From: a virus
Lineage: Duplodnaviria; Caudoviricetes
DNA length: 64,000 nt
Virus record (IMG/VR): IMGVR_UViG_3300032116_022045
Strand: one strand, 5' to 3'
The position numbers were made by a program, and so were the translations under genes. Positions within the stretch are counted from its first letter, which is position 1, and every line of letters begins with the position of its first letter. Shown here piece by piece: positions 62,960 through 64,000 of this stretch. Under the pieces are notes generated by a model. That model was not told the DNA's origin and searched no databases. It saw nothing but the letters and a program-made list of their open reading frames with translations.

Positions 62960-63532
62960 TTCTTTCTTTTTAATTGGTTAAAAAATATGTACACATTTGT
63001 GTGCATTTATTTAATTAAAATAAGTTTATCACGAAGTAACCCCATATGCCTTGAAACATATTTATCCCAAATAATAATGAATTCCTCATTTTGTTCTATT
63101 GAAAAATATTCCTCAATCTCTTTATATTCACAAGATTTTTTAAGGTAATTAATGTGTTCTGTTACATCCGAAACAACTCTAACTATTTTAACATCTGTTA
63201 CTTCAATAACATAGTTATAATTAAATTTTCTTATGACACCATTTATGGTGTTAAATTGCCATAAACCATTTAACGCTTGTTCTTTAATTATTTGTGGTTT
63301 ACAATAAATAACTGATGTATGATTAGTATTTGTTGAAATAACAACTTTAATACCATCAAATGATTCAACTTTAATAATCTTTGATGGTGAACAACTCAAA
63401 CCAATTTCAATCTTTTTCATTTCTTTTTTCCTTTAATGTGTTAAACAATGATGCAAAGATATAACAAATATTTTATTCTACCAAATTATTTTAAAAAAAA
63501 CCCCTAAATTAATAGGGGTTTTTTTATTTTAA

Positions 63533-63979
63533 TTAAGAAACAATTTCTTCAAATTGTTTTTCAAAATCATGAATATTCCCTGAAAATAAAATTTCATTGT
63601 TTTCTTCAAATCCTGTTCTTATACACTCAAAAATTATTTCTTTTGAATCAAAATCAACAATTATGTTATATTCATAGTCTTGCCAACAATCAACATCATT
63701 AATGGATTGAATATATATTCCTCCTGAACCTGTCTTAAAATGTGCAACAAGTTGTGCTGACAAACAACCTGCACCATTAAAAACTTTTCTTGTTTCATTA
63801 ACTGAAATACCATTAACAACAATACCATCTTTTAAGAAATTAACCAAATCCATACCCATACCACTTGGATAACCATCATATTGACGATACATTGTTAATA
63901 ATTTCTTTGAAACTTTTTCGTCTTTTTCTGAATCAAAATAAGTTTCAAAAACGTGTGTTAAACTGCGTGTTCCCATTTT
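63533..63979 (-). CDS. Early hypothetical protein (MGTRSLTHV...YRQYDGYPSGMG)
   Basis: ORF track; likely start at MGTRS. Confidence 0.7.
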   Translation of the reverse strand, partial: KMGTRSLTHVFETYFDSEKDEKVSKKLLTMYRQYDGYPSGMGMDLVNFLKDGIVVNGISVNETRKVFNGAGCLSAQLVAHFKTGSGGIYIQSINDVDCWQDYEYNIIVDFDSKEIIFECIRTGFEENNEILFSGNIHDFEKQFEEIVS

Positions 63980-64000
63980 CTTTTTTTTTATGTTAAACAA

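Larger units (their letters stand above)
41410..63490 (-). promoter_or_regulatory. Dozens of Bacteroidota primary-sigma promoters (TTTG -33, TAnnTTTG -7), roughly one per gene
   Basis: Plus strand repeatedly shows (A/G)CAAAGATA...CCAAAT upstream of minus-strand ORFs, e.g. near 43585, 45810, 47815, 57110 and 60155. Confidence 0.85.

Overview
A very AT-rich segment (roughly 25% GC by eye) of a large tailed phage genome. The host is almost certainly Bacteroidota: dozens of TTTG...TAnnTTTG promoters are present and there are no Shine-Dalgarno sequences. About 1-11 kb encodes a T4-like large terminase (partial) and late, probably virion-associated modular proteins, followed by thyX. About 12.5-20.6 kb is a small-ORF region built largely from integron-type attC cassettes, with no integrase in the window. 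About 21-40 kb holds ClpC, GNAT enzymes, an ABC-ATPase/GNAT pair joined by a probable -1 frameshift, thioredoxin, a nucleotidyltransferase, and tRNAs Pro, Phe, Asp, Glu, Ala and Met (the Met gene is split by an HNH gene). After a repeat and G-tract boundary at about 40.5 kb comes an early-type region of small minus-strand genes, most with their own host-type promoter and terminator. It contains several non-coding RNA families and seven MORN-repeat paralogs. Main discoveries: (1) a classical ribosome-stalling attenuator whose leader peptide (FDFAFFAGEED) is made of the amino acids of the four tRNAs it precedes; (2) an attC cassette array with matched core sites; (3) seven tRNA-framed RNAs with a constant acceptor/D/T frame and variable inserts, three of them fused behind a structured companion RNA, plus one double-elbow RNA; (4) an 8-copy, covarying ~55-nt promoter-driven RNA; (5) an HNH gene inside a tRNA anticodon loop without an intron core; (6) a modular MORN-repeat repertoire. 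All calls are from reading the sequence by eye; no searches were run.
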